Source: an uncultured Gammaproteobacteria bacterium (GTDB taxonomy: Bacteria; Patescibacteriota; Patescibacteriia; UBA11705; JABHMO01). From it: a DNA stretch of 49,323 bases. The notes beneath the pieces are model-generated. The model ran no database searches, was not told where the DNA came from, and saw nothing but the letters and a program-made list of their open reading frames with translations. This document shows, piece by piece, positions 38,959 through 48,082 of the stretch (the first letter of the stretch is position 1; each line of letters opens with the position of its first letter). The translations under genes and the position numbers were made by a program. The DNA is taken from assembly GCA_964434235.1 (NCBI GenBank), contig CAYSUN010000003.1, positions 1 through 49,323 on the forward strand, given 5' to 3'.

Positions 38959-40275
38959 TTATCCTAACCTTTTTTTAATTTCTTTAATTGCTTTGTCCAT
39001 TCCCAAAACTTCTTGAATTCCACTATCCATATCCCGCAAAATTACGGTTCCTTCAGTTGCTTCTTTCTGACCTAAAATTAGAACAAATTTAGCACCAATC
39101 TTTTTCGCCATATCAAGCTGAGACTTTAGACTTCTTTTTGAAAAGTTAGCCTTTACAACAAAATCTTCTTTTCTTAATTTTTCAAAATACGAAAAAGCTT
39201 TTTGACGAGCAAATTCACTTAATTGTGCTAAATAAACTTGTGGTTGTTTGACAACTGGGATTTCAATTTTATTTATTTTAAAGTGATTAAAAATACGCTC
39301 TAATCCAAAACTGATTCCCGCTCCAGGAACTTCCGGCCCACCAAGCATCTGAATCAAGTAATCATAACGACCACCACCAGCCAAAGAATACCTTTGTTCT
39401 TCTGATTCAACTACAGTTGGATAAATTTCAAAAACAGTTTTATTATAAAAATCAAAAGTACGGAAAAGGTTTGAATCTAAACGATAAGATATTTTTAATT
39501 CATCTAAATATTCCAAGACGCGGAATAAATGATCTCGACATTCATCGCAAAGCCAATCAACCATTTGTGGTGCATCGTCTCGAAGTTGAACGCATTTATT
39601 ATTTTGGCAAGAAAGAAATTTTAAAGGATCTCGAGTAACATGCTTTCGACACTCAGCACAAACAGCTGTTCGTTTTGATTTCAAATAACCGCTAAGAGCT
39701 TTAGCATATTCTGGTCGACAACTTACACAACCCATACTATTCAATCTTACCTCAACTGGTATCCCTAGATTATTCAAGAAAGAACAACCTATAATTATTA
39801 ATTCTGCATCAATTGGTGCACTTTTTTCACCCAATATTTCCAAACTTATTTGAGTAAATTGTCTAAGTTTATTTGCTTCAACTTTACCTTGTCGAAAAAC
39901 TGGCCCCCAATTAAAAATCTTAATCGGCATTGTATGATTTACCATGTTATGTGAAATAAAAGCACGAGCAACAGATGAAGTTGTTTCTGGTCGAAGTATT
40001 AATTTTTGCCCCTTATCAATAAAATTAAATGACTCTTTATCCAAAACTCCTGACTGTTTAAACAATGTATGATTAAACAATTCATATTTCTCAACAATAG
40101 GAGTGTCCAATCTTGTAAAACTATAATCATCAATTACTGACTGCATTTCTTTTTCTACAAAATTTAAATATTTTTGTTCAGCTGGCAAATTGTCTTTCAT
40201 ACCTTCAACCAAAGGTGGCGTTTTAATTTTTTTTATCTCTTCCTGTGGTTGATCTTCTTTTTTTCTTCTTGGCAT
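38959..40275 (-). CDS. hisS: Histidine--tRNA ligase (divergent)
   Basis: LRPETT, GPVFR...LRQFTQ, AGGGRYD, FGLERI, anticodon domain LKSQLDMAKKIGA; Cys-rich insertion domain. Confidence 0.88.
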   Translation of the reverse strand: MPRRKKEDQPQEEIKKIKTPPLVEGMKDNLPAEQKYLNFVEKEMQSVIDDYSFTRLDTPIVEKYELFNHTLFKQSGVLDKESFNFIDKGQKLILRPETTSSVARAFISHNMVNHTMPIKIFNWGPVFRQGKVEANKLRQFTQISLEILGEKSAPIDAELIIIGCSFLNNLGIPVEVRLNSMGCVSCRPEYAKALSGYLKSKRTAVCAECRKHVTRDPLKFLSCQNNKCVQLRDDAPQMVDWLCDECRDHLFRVLEYLDELKISYRLDSNLFRTFDFYNKTVFEIYPTVVESEEQRYSLAGGGRYDYLIQMLGGPEVPGAGISFGLERIFNHFKINKIEIPVVKQPQVYLAQLSEFARQKAFSYFEKLRKEDFVVKANFSKRSLKSQLDMAKKIGAKFVLILGQKEATEGTVILRDMDSGIQEVLGMDKAIKEIKKRLG

Positions 40276-40289
40276 ATTTGTTTAGTGAG

Positions 40290-40855
40290 TAAGTATTAAG
40301 TAATAAAAGTTAAAAAGCTTGCCCTGAACTTAACGTCTTATAGCGTTATAGTTCGGGGTAAAAGTTAAAAGTAAACAGTAAAAAAAGTTGATTAAGTTAA
40401 TTGAGTTGATTAAGTTGATTGCCTTGAAGCTTTAAGTAAATAAACAGTAAACGTTAAACATTAATTGTTAAACAGTAAGCAATAAACCAGCTTAAGTGTT
40501 TGTTACGCCTGCCTGCATACCTCCGGCATGTAAACAGGTAGGCAGGTGGTGAATGGTTTTACTGCCTTTTTGATTTTGTTTCAAGTTTTACACACACTAA
40601 AGGGATGCGGTAAGAGTTGGCAGCGCTAAACCCACTTAAGTGCTTGCTCTATACTTTATCCGTCTTCGCCACCGACTTCGTTACTATATTCGTCAAAACT
40701 ACGACAGTCAAGAAAACTATGTCGGTCAAGAAAGCTACGACGGACACATGTCTTGTGATTAAATGTTTAAATGTTCAAATGATTTAATGATTTGATGTTC
40801 TATGTTCCATGTTCCATGTTCTATGATTAATGTTCCGTGATTAAGTGCTTAAATA
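40290..40855. repeat. Intergenic mosaic of 7-9-nt tandem repeats and palindromic elements
   Basis: agttgatta-type 9-mers (40387-40420), taaacag-type 7-mers, atgttcc/aatgtt 7-8-mers (40760-40853); palindromes at 40321-40362, 40507-40547, 40591-40615 and 40659-40744. Confidence 0.8.
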
Positions 40856-40865
40856 TTTTCTTGTT

Positions 40866-41471
40866 TTACTGATAATCAACAGTAGAAAATGTAGTCAACC
40901 GCCAAAATGGCCAACCACGAAACCATACACGTCCAATAATCAGCTCTGCCTCAACAGGCCCAAACCTTCGTGAATCTAAACTGTATTCTCGGTTATCACC
41001 AAGCACGTAATATTCCGTTGGTCCAAGTGTCCATTTGCGATTTTCCAAAGTTTTCGTATTACTATCTAAATATGAACTTTCATCCAACAAAAATTTTTGT
41101 TTTGTATCATCATTTTTATAAACATAAACATTATTGTCAGAAATTTCTACTGTTTCTCCTGGTAACCCGATAACTCTTTTAATGAAAAACTGAGAAGGAT
41201 CTTTGGGATACTTAAATACAACAATATCTCCACGGGCTGGTTCATCCAAACGATAACTAATTTCATCAATAATTAAATATTCATGATCATAGAAACTTGG
41301 CTCCATTGAAGCACCCTTAACATAAAATGGTTGAATTAAAAAATAACGAACTGGAATAATAATTGCCAGCGAAACGCACACAACTTTAAGTAAATCCCAA
41401 ATAAAACGCAAAACTTTTTGCGTTGGGGTAAGACTACTTTCTAAATCAAATTCTTTATCAACAAAACCCAT
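40866..41471 (-). CDS. lepB: Signal peptidase I
   Basis: GASMEP (Ser), RGDIVVF, FIKRVIGLPGE (Lys), LGDNREYSLDSRRFG. Confidence 0.97.
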   Translation of the reverse strand: MGFVDKEFDLESSLTPTQKVLRFIWDLLKVVCVSLAIIIPVRYFLIQPFYVKGASMEPSFYDHEYLIIDEISYRLDEPARGDIVVFKYPKDPSQFFIKRVIGLPGETVEISDNNVYVYKNDDTKQKFLLDESSYLDSNTKTLENRKWTLGPTEYYVLGDNREYSLDSRRFGPVEAELIIGRVWFRGWPFWRLTTFSTVDYQ

Positions 41472-41612
41472 ATTTTCTTATGTTTAATCCTAAGTACAAA
41501 AAAACCGCTTAACCCAAAAAACAAAAACGAAAAAGTTATCCACTTTTTATCTATTTTATTATAACACAAAAATATCACAACTCCAAGCTTTGTCAAACTG
41601 ATTTGTCAAGCC

Positions 41613-41641
41613 TTGCTAAACGAACAACATTATCCTATAAT
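41613..41641 (+). promoter_or_regulatory. Sigma70-type promoter for the LCP gene
   Basis: TTGCTA-17 nt-TATAAT. Confidence 0.65.
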
Positions 41642-41679
41642 TAAGCTAGAGTTTAAATACGTTCTACATTTTTTATATT

Positions 41680-43107
41680 ATGAAAATATATCATCAAAAG
41701 CCAGAAAAACCACTTGATTCAAGAATAAATTTACTCAGTCAAGCTGACAATTCACATCCACACGGTAAAAAAATTTTTAAAATCAGCAAATTTATTTTAT
41801 ATTTATTTGTAGTTTTAACATTGGCTTTCTTGGTTTTTTCCTACCAAGTATTGTTCACCGATAATAGCATGGGTGATATTTTTTCTGGAAAAATAAATAT
41901 TTTTCAACAACTTAGCACCTTAGCTGGCAACAGCAGCCAACTTCAAGGGGAAATGGATGATCGAATAAATATACTTTTAATGGGTATGGGCGGGACAGGT
42001 CACGATGGTCCTTATCTAACTGACACAATGATTTTAGCCAGTATTCAACCATCAACCAAAAAGGTCAGTATGGTTTCTATACCAAGAGATTTATTAGTAG
42101 AAATTCCTGGCTTTGGTTGGTGGAAAATAAACAATGCTAATGCTTTTGGTGAAAAACAAAGTCCTGGGGATGGCTCTGAATTGGCTAAACAAGTAGTTCA
42201 ACAAGTATTTGATATACCAATTCATTATTATGTTAGAATTGATTTCGCTGGTTTTGAAAAACTAATTGATGATGCTGGAGACGTTAAAGTTTATGTGGAA
42301 AACAGTTTTACTGATTATCAGTATCCCACCAGCGACCATAAATACCAAATTGTTTCTTATGAACAAGGTTGGCAAACAATGGATGGAGAGACTGCACTTA
42401 AATTTGCCCGTTCTAGACACGGCAACAATGGAGAAGGTTCAGACTTTGCTCGCAGTCAAAGACAACAAAAAATTATCCAAGCTTTTAAAGATAGAATTTT
42501 ATCGTATAATTTTCTTTTAAGTCCTAGAAAAATAAAAAAATTTACTGATAATCTAGCTGAACATTTACGAACTGACTTTCAACCATGGGAGCTTGTTAAA
42601 CTGGCTCAATTCGCCAAGGACATAGACACCAGCAATGTAATTACACAAGTGTTAGATGATAGTCCTGGCGGATTTTTATATGCCAATATGGTTAATGAAG
42701 CATATGTACTTCAACCAAAAGGTGACGACTTCACTCAAATTCAATATCTAGTAAAAAATATTTTCAGAACAAACAATACTTCAGAAATCCAGGACAAAAA
42801 AACGGCCACAGTAGAAATTCTAAATGGTACAATCGTTCCAGGTCTAGCTTCTCTAAATTCGGATGAGCTTAAATTGGTTGGTTACAGAGTAAATAAAATT
42901 GGTAACTCGCCAGAACAAAATTACGCCAAGACAATTGTGTATCAACTTTCTAAAACTGGTTTTGACGAAGAAAAAGCATTTTTAGCTTCAAAATACGACA
43001 CTGAAGTTCAAGACAAAAATATTCCTGATTGGATAACAAATATTTCTGCGCTTGATTCTGACTTTTTAATTATTCTAGGCGAAGATAATAATGAAAATTA
43101 TCAATAA
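41680..43107 (+). CDS. LytR-CpsA-Psr (LCP) family protein with LytR C-terminal domain
   Basis: RINILLMG, TDTMIL, SIPRDL, KINNA, ALKFARSRH, SDFARSQRQQ; VEILNGT..PGLA and IILGED. Confidence 0.94.
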   Translation: MKIYHQKPEKPLDSRINLLSQADNSHPHGKKIFKISKFILYLFVVLTLAFLVFSYQVLFTDNSMGDIFSGKINIFQQLSTLAGNSSQLQGEMDDRINILLMGMGGTGHDGPYLTDTMILASIQPSTKKVSMVSIPRDLLVEIPGFGWWKINNANAFGEKQSPGDGSELAKQVVQQVFDIPIHYYVRIDFAGFEKLIDDAGDVKVYVENSFTDYQYPTSDHKYQIVSYEQGWQTMDGETALKFARSRHGNNGEGSDFARSQRQQKIIQAFKDRILSYNFLLSPRKIKKFTDNLAEHLRTDFQPWELVKLAQFAKDIDTSNVITQVLDDSPGGFLYANMVNEAYVLQPKGDDFTQIQYLVKNIFRTNNTSEIQDKKTATVEILNGTIVPGLASLNSDELKLVGYRVNKIGNSPEQNYAKTIVYQLSKTGFDEEKAFLASKYDTEVQDKNIPDWITNISALDSDFLIILGEDNNENYQ

Positions 43108-43251
43108 TAGCTATTACGATCAAATCAATTTACGACCTAGACAAAAACTCAAAAATAGTGTAAGCTTAGCAAATTAAATTAAACATAAAATTAGTTTTAG
43201 GCTTTTTAGTAACATTAGTACTGAATAACTACTTCTATCCCAATTTCAAAT

Positions 43252-44748
43252 ATGACAGAAATCATTAAAAAATATCCAACGGTTGCTCTAATCGGTCGAA
43301 CAAATGTTGGTAAATCAACCATTTTTAATCGTTTGACAGATAATGCCATAGCGATAGTTTCTCACATTCCAGGAACTACTCGAGATCTTCGACATGGAGA
43401 ATGTCAATGGATTGGCAAAACTATTACAATTACAGACACAGCTGGACTTGATATTGTGTCAGATATTATTATTGATAAAAAATCAGTTAACATGGCTGAA
43501 AAATCTATTGCAGAATCTGACTTAGTCCTGCTTATTGTTGATGTCAGGGATGGTTTATTACCACAAGACAAAGCTTACATAAAATTAATTCAAAAGTCTG
43601 GTAAACCTTTTTTCTTGGTAATTAATAAAGTTGATTCACAAAGATTAACTGAACAAACTGATGAATTTTATAAATTGGGTGTAGAAAAATTCCACATGAT
43701 TTCCGCCAAAACAGGTGCTGGAACTGGTGATTTACTTGATGATGTTTTTGCAACTCTAGAAACAAAAAATATTTCCACTGAAACGACCGAAATTAAACCT
43801 GCTAATAAAAACAACATTAATATAGCTTTAATTGGTAAACCTAATGTTGGGAAATCTTCATTATTAAATGCTATTCTTGGCGAAGAAAAATCAATTGTTT
43901 CAGAAATTCCCCACACCACTCGTGATAGTCAGGATTTTACTTTTTATTACGAAAAAGAACACAGCAAAAAATCAAAATTTATTTCTAATCATGCAAAACA
44001 AATAAAAACCAACTCAGCTGAACCAGAAACAGCAGATAATAATAAATCAACGAGATATTCTTTAACTTTTGTTGATACTGCTGGTATAATTAAAAGCCGA
44101 AAAATCAATGATAAATTACAAGAGCTCAGCATTGCTCAAAGTTTAGATAGTCTAAAAAAATGTGATATTGCTTTGCTTCTTTTTGATGCTGGTGAACCCG
44201 TTACCATGCAAGACAAAACCTTAACTCAAGAAATAGAAAACAATTACAAATCAATTATTTTTGTTGTAAACAAATGGGATTTAGTTGATGACAAAACAAC
44301 TCATAGCGACAAAGAATACACTCAGTACCTTGCCAGCGTTATCCCCTTTTTGACTTGGGCTCCAGTTGTTTTCGTGTCAGCCAAAACAGGATTTAAAATT
44401 CAAAAATTAATTGATGTAATTATTGAAATATACGAAAAAGAACAAACTGAATTTGAGCAAACAGCACTGGATGATTTTCTAGCTTCCTTGCTTAAAAAGA
44501 AAACTCCACCAAGAGTTTATGGCACCAAAGCACCTTATCTTTTCTCAATGAGACAAACTGGCCGTGGCCCATTAACTTTTGAATTTTTAGCTAGTCAGTC
44601 AATTCACATTGATTATTCATATCAAAGATTTATCAAAAAATATCTTCGTCAAAAATTTGATCTTGCTGGTTGTAGTATTAAATTAAATTTTGTAGAAAAA
44701 ACCATTCAGCACGGAGAAGGTCAACCTATAAAATTTTCTAAACACTAA
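43252..44748 (+). CDS. der: Ribosome biogenesis GTPase Der (EngA)
   Basis: Two G domains: GRTNVGKS/TTRD/DTAG/NKVD and GKPNVGKS/TTRD/DTAG/NKWD; KH-like C-terminus. Confidence 0.96.
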   Translation: MTEIIKKYPTVALIGRTNVGKSTIFNRLTDNAIAIVSHIPGTTRDLRHGECQWIGKTITITDTAGLDIVSDIIIDKKSVNMAEKSIAESDLVLLIVDVRDGLLPQDKAYIKLIQKSGKPFFLVINKVDSQRLTEQTDEFYKLGVEKFHMISAKTGAGTGDLLDDVFATLETKNISTETTEIKPANKNNINIALIGKPNVGKSSLLNAILGEEKSIVSEIPHTTRDSQDFTFYYEKEHSKKSKFISNHAKQIKTNSAEPETADNNKSTRYSLTFVDTAGIIKSRKINDKLQELSIAQSLDSLKKCDIALLLFDAGEPVTMQDKTLTQEIENNYKSIIFVVNKWDLVDDKTTHSDKEYTQYLASVIPFLTWAPVVFVSAKTGFKIQKLIDVIIEIYEKEQTEFEQTALDDFLASLLKKKTPPRVYGTKAPYLFSMRQTGRGPLTFEFLASQSIHIDYSYQRFIKKYLRQKFDLAGCSIKLNFVEKTIQHGEGQPIKFSKH

Positions 44749-44774
44749 ACACTCAAAAACTTCATCAATATTTT

Positions 44775-45326
44775 ATGAAAATTATAATTGGTTTAGGTAA
44801 TCCAGGAAAAAAATATTTATTTACTCGTCACAACATTGGTTTTGCTATGCTCGAATTTTTGCGTGACGAATGGTTACAAGCTGAAGGTTTTTCTAATTGG
44901 AGCGACAACAGTAAATTTCAATCTAGGTTATGTGAAGGCAATCTAAACGGACAAAAAATAATTTTAGCCAAACCTACAACTTTTATGAACAATTCAGGCG
45001 AAGCGGTTAGTGCTCTAATGAATTTTTATAAAATCGAACCACAAGATTTGATTGTTATTCATGATGAAGTTGATTTACCTTTTGGTAATTACAAAATCCA
45101 AAACGATAAATCAGATGCTGGACACAATGGTATCAAATCAATTATTGAAAAAATTAACAGTCAAAATTTCACCAGAGTTAGAATTGGAGTGGGCAAAGAA
45201 GACAAGGCCAAGCAAGGCGACACAGCTAGATACGTACTTAACAATTTTGGCTTTTTAGAAAAATTCAAATTAAAAGAACTTAAACTAAAAATATTAGAAG
45301 AATTAAAAAACAAACTTCAAAAATAA
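44775..45326 (+). CDS. pth: Peptidyl-tRNA hydrolase
   Basis: IIGLGNPG, TRHNIGF, KPTTFMNNSG, HDEVDL, GHNGIKS, RVRIGVG. Confidence 0.97.
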   Translation: MKIIIGLGNPGKKYLFTRHNIGFAMLEFLRDEWLQAEGFSNWSDNSKFQSRLCEGNLNGQKIILAKPTTFMNNSGEAVSALMNFYKIEPQDLIVIHDEVDLPFGNYKIQNDKSDAGHNGIKSIIEKINSQNFTRVRIGVGKEDKAKQGDTARYVLNNFGFLEKFKLKELKLKILEELKNKLQK

Positions 45327-45339
45327 AATTTATAAAAAT

Positions 45340-45380
45340 AAAAAAGCACCCAAACAAAAATTAAACTGGGTGCTTTTTTT
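45340..45380. terminator. Bidirectional terminator between pth and the convergent gene
   Basis: aaaaagcaccca...tgggtgcttttttt. Confidence 0.75.
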
Positions 45381-45466
45381 ATTTAAATTTATGATTTAAA
45401 ATATAATTTAAAAAGTGAAGAGCCCTGATCAGTTGATCAGGACTCAAATGTTTTTCGTTGTGGCCG

Positions 45467-45829
45467 TTATTTACGACCACCCCTCCCCCTCTTACCTTTG
45501 CCTTTCTTCCCCTTTTTACCAGAGGAAGTGGCTTTTTTGCCATGACACGACTTGCCATGACAGGACGACTCAATGTGGACAGGTCGCCCAGGCGACGTCA
45601 CAATCACCGTTTGTTGGTGATGAGGCCGACGAGGTCGAACTGCCGGCGCTGGACGGCGAGACTGATACCGGCGAGGCGCATAATACCGACCACGCGAGTA
45701 GTACCCTCGTGATGAATGGTATCCACGAGAATACCCGGACGGAGAGTGAACCACGTAAGTCGGCCCACAACCGCCCAAAAAACTTCCAACCAGAACGAAC
45801 CCAATAACGAACAAAAAACTCTTATACAT
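45467..45829 (-). CDS. Small cationic low-complexity putative lipoprotein (120 aa)
   Basis: GGAGG before ATG 45829; MYKSFLFVIGFVLVGSFLGGC (lipobox-like); YxSRG repeats, SCHGK x2 and a K/G/R tail. Confidence 0.7.
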   Translation of the reverse strand: MYKSFLFVIGFVLVGSFLGGCGPTYVVHSPSGYSRGYHSSRGYYSRGRYYAPRRYQSRRPAPAVRPRRPHHQQTVIVTSPGRPVHIESSCHGKSCHGKKATSSGKKGKKGKGKRGRGGRK

Positions 45830-45958
45830 GGTAGCCTCCAAAAAGGTAAAAGGTGAAAGTTCTCAACAAGATCCAAAAATTAAAATTCAAAATTTAAATT
45901 CTATTTTTTGCTCTTGTTATATTTTTTAAAGATCTTTCAACGCTAACCCTTAACCCAC

Positions 45959-46082
45959 AAAAAAACTGATCAACAAAACTTAGCTCACCAGTCTAAGATA
46001 AATCCTAGAATTGGATACTCCACAGTTAGGAGGGGACACTGTCTTTCTCCATACTGGTAAGCATAGTCTTATAGACCAGTTA
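45959..46082 (-). ncRNA. Candidate structured small RNA or leader of unknown family
   Basis: Three stacked helices whose four non-Watson-Crick pairs are all G-U on the minus strand; two apical hairpins; U7 tail; upstream TTGACA promoter. Confidence 0.55.
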
Positions 46083-46089
46083 TACCAGT

Positions 46090-46119
46090 ATCTTATACTA
46101 TCACAGTTTATATTGTCAA
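46090..46119 (-). promoter_or_regulatory. Sigma70-type promoter for the candidate RNA
   Basis: TTGACA followed by TATAAG (16-nt spacer) or TAAGAT (18-nt spacer). Confidence 0.55.
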
Positions 46120-46203
46120 GAATCATAATTTATTCATATTGTAATTGTATCATATTTTTATTAAAAAGTCAATAGATTGCACAAATTTTGTCTAATTATA
46201 CAT

Positions 46204-46229
46204 AAAAAAGCCCAGTATTACTGAGCTTT
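46204..46229 (-). terminator. Intrinsic terminator after the 46234 gene
   Basis: Minus strand aaagctcagta-a-tactgggctttttt. Confidence 0.75.
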
Positions 46230-46233
46230 ATCT

Positions 46234-46905
46234 TTACACTAAAACCTTTATTAACCACATGGTCATAAGTGCACTGAACGGCACCCAAAAATTATCCCAA
46301 TCTGTTGTAAACAGTTCGACTAAAGTTGCAGTGACCACTCCTGCAATCAAAACTAACCAGCTCATTTCTACATTGGCAATTGAAGAAAATAAATACACTA
46401 CCAAAACAGAAAAGATAAAAAATGAAGCTGAACCAGCAAAAGTTTTTTTACCGTACAAACACATCCTTCGCCAACGCAATCCAACAAGGCCATTAAACCC
46501 ATTGTGCTTCCACTCTTTGCCAACAATCCGAGCTATGGGATCACCAACTGCCAGCATCAAGCCACTACAAGTTGCTAATTCTCGAGGCAAATCAAAAAGA
46601 ATTTTCAAAACAACAACTACCAAACCAACAAAAACGAATTTAGCACCAGAGCTAATCTGATTTTTCTCAGAATCACGAAGCATGTTGAAAAAAAATTTAC
46701 CAGTAAAAAATTTGATTAAACTGATAGCCCATAAATCTTTCACTGATCTCCGCCAATCAACAAATAAAAACAACAAACCAAAGCCAACTAAAATTCCTAA
46801 AAACAAATCATTACAAAACCAAAATAACAATGAAGCACAACCAATTCCTAAAAAATGCCAAATTGCTCGCTTGTAATCCTGATGTTTTTTATTAATAAAG
46901 GACAT
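46234..46905 (-). CDS. CTP-dependent polyprenol/diacylglycerol kinase family membrane protein (dolichol/phytol kinase-like)
   Basis: RAIWHF, LRDSE, VGDPIARIVGK, KKTFAGS, LVELF...DNFWVP; multiple TM segments. Confidence 0.8.
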   Translation of the reverse strand: MSFINKKHQDYKRAIWHFLGIGCASLLFWFCNDLFLGILVGFGLLFLFVDWRRSVKDLWAISLIKFFTGKFFFNMLRDSEKNQISSGAKFVFVGLVVVVLKILFDLPRELATCSGLMLAVGDPIARIVGKEWKHNGFNGLVGLRWRRMCLYGKKTFAGSASFFIFSVLVVYLFSSIANVEMSWLVLIAGVVTATLVELFTTDWDNFWVPFSALMTMWLIKVLV

Positions 46906-46990
46906 TTATCCCCTCCTGACGATTGTTAATCGATTTTTCTTTTGTTATGATAACATAATATCCCAAAATATTAAAATACACTTTATTTTT

Positions 46991-48082
46991 ATGAATAATT
47001 TAAAATATTGGTTAGCTTTTTCTCAAATCAATCGTTTAGGTGCTAAAAAGTTCCAACTCCTACAAAATTACTTCCCAAATTTAGAATACGCTTGGCAAGC
47101 TTCAGTTTCTGAATTAATTGAAGCTGGGTTAGAACAAGGTCTAGCTGAAGAAATTGAGCTACGTCGAAAAAAAATGGATTTAGATAATGAACTGGACAAA
47201 ATTAATCGTGAGAATATTAAAGTTGTCACAATTGAAGATGAAAATTACCCTAAACTTTTGAAACAAACCTACTCCCCGCCATTCTTATTATATTACAAAG
47301 GAAATTTAGATAATTTACATGATCAAGCCTTGGCTGTAGTTGGAACAAGAAAAGTTTCAACTTATGGACAAACTATCACTCCTCAAATTGTGAGCGAACT
47401 AGCTAATCAAGGTTTAATTATTGTGAGTGGATTGGCACTTGGAGTAGATGCGATTGCTCACACAACTTGTGTTAATAATAACAAGGTCACAGTCGCTGTT
47501 TTAGGCTCTGGATTAGACAAAGAAAATATTTACCCTACAACTAATCGAGCTTTGGCTAATTCAATTATTGAAAATAATGGTTTAATTATTTCAGAATTTC
47601 CAATCGGTATGATGCCACTTCGACACAATTTCCCAGCTCGGAACAGAATTATTTCTGGCTTAAGTTTAGGTACGTTGGTGGTCGAAGCTGGTGAAACTTC
47701 TGGCGCTTTAATTACGGCCAAGTTTGCTTTGGAACAAAATCGTGAAGTTTTCGCTGTGCCAGGTCAAATTCATCATCCCCTTTCAGTTGGTACAAATAAT
47801 CTAATCAAGCGTGGAGCCAAATTAGTTCAATCAGCCAGTGATATTTTTGAAGAATTAAATTTGCAAGAAATTAAACAACAAAAAAAAGTTCAAGCAATCA
47901 TTCCAGATTCTCCTGAAGAAGCAACAATTTTAAATGTTTTAAAAAATGAACCATTACACACAAATGACATTATAAAAAAAACTGCTATGTCCGCCCAAAA
48001 AGTTAATTCAACTCTTATGCTTCTTGAAATGAAAGGCCAAATAAAAAACTTGGGCAATTCTAATTACTTAATTTCTAGTTAA
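46991..48082 (+). CDS. dprA: DNA-processing protein DprA
   Basis: AVVGTRK, VSGLALGVDAIAH, AVLGSG, FPARNRIISGLS, VVEAGETSGALITA, VFAVPG; C-terminal winged helix. Confidence 0.97.
   Translation: MNNLKYWLAFSQINRLGAKKFQLLQNYFPNLEYAWQASVSELIEAGLEQGLAEEIELRRKKMDLDNELDKINRENIKVVTIEDENYPKLLKQTYSPPFLLYYKGNLDNLHDQALAVVGTRKVSTYGQTITPQIVSELANQGLIIVSGLALGVDAIAHTTCVNNNKVTVAVLGSGLDKENIYPTTNRALANSIIENNGLIISEFPIGMMPLRHNFPARNRIISGLSLGTLVVEAGETSGALITAKFALEQNREVFAVPGQIHHPLSVGTNNLIKRGAKLVQSASDIFEELNLQEIKQQKKVQAIIPDSPEEATILNVLKNEPLHTNDIIKKTAMSAQKVNSTLMLLEMKGQIKNLGNSNYLISS

Noticed and set aside
40290-40855. CRISPR array
   Set aside because: The units are 7-9 nt or nested palindromes, with no constant repeat plus unique spacers and no cas genes.
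41472-41679. Replication origin at the strand switch (ttatccact at 41536)
   Set aside because: Only one mismatched DnaA box, no dnaA/dnaN nearby, and the plus strand still looks A/C-rich beyond the switch; a divergent promoter region explains it.
45379-45876. Overlapping ORFs 45415..45807+, 45458..45712+, 45570..45770-, 45604..45876- and 45379..45573-
   Set aside because: High local GC suppresses stop codons; only the 45829 start has an SD and a signal peptide.
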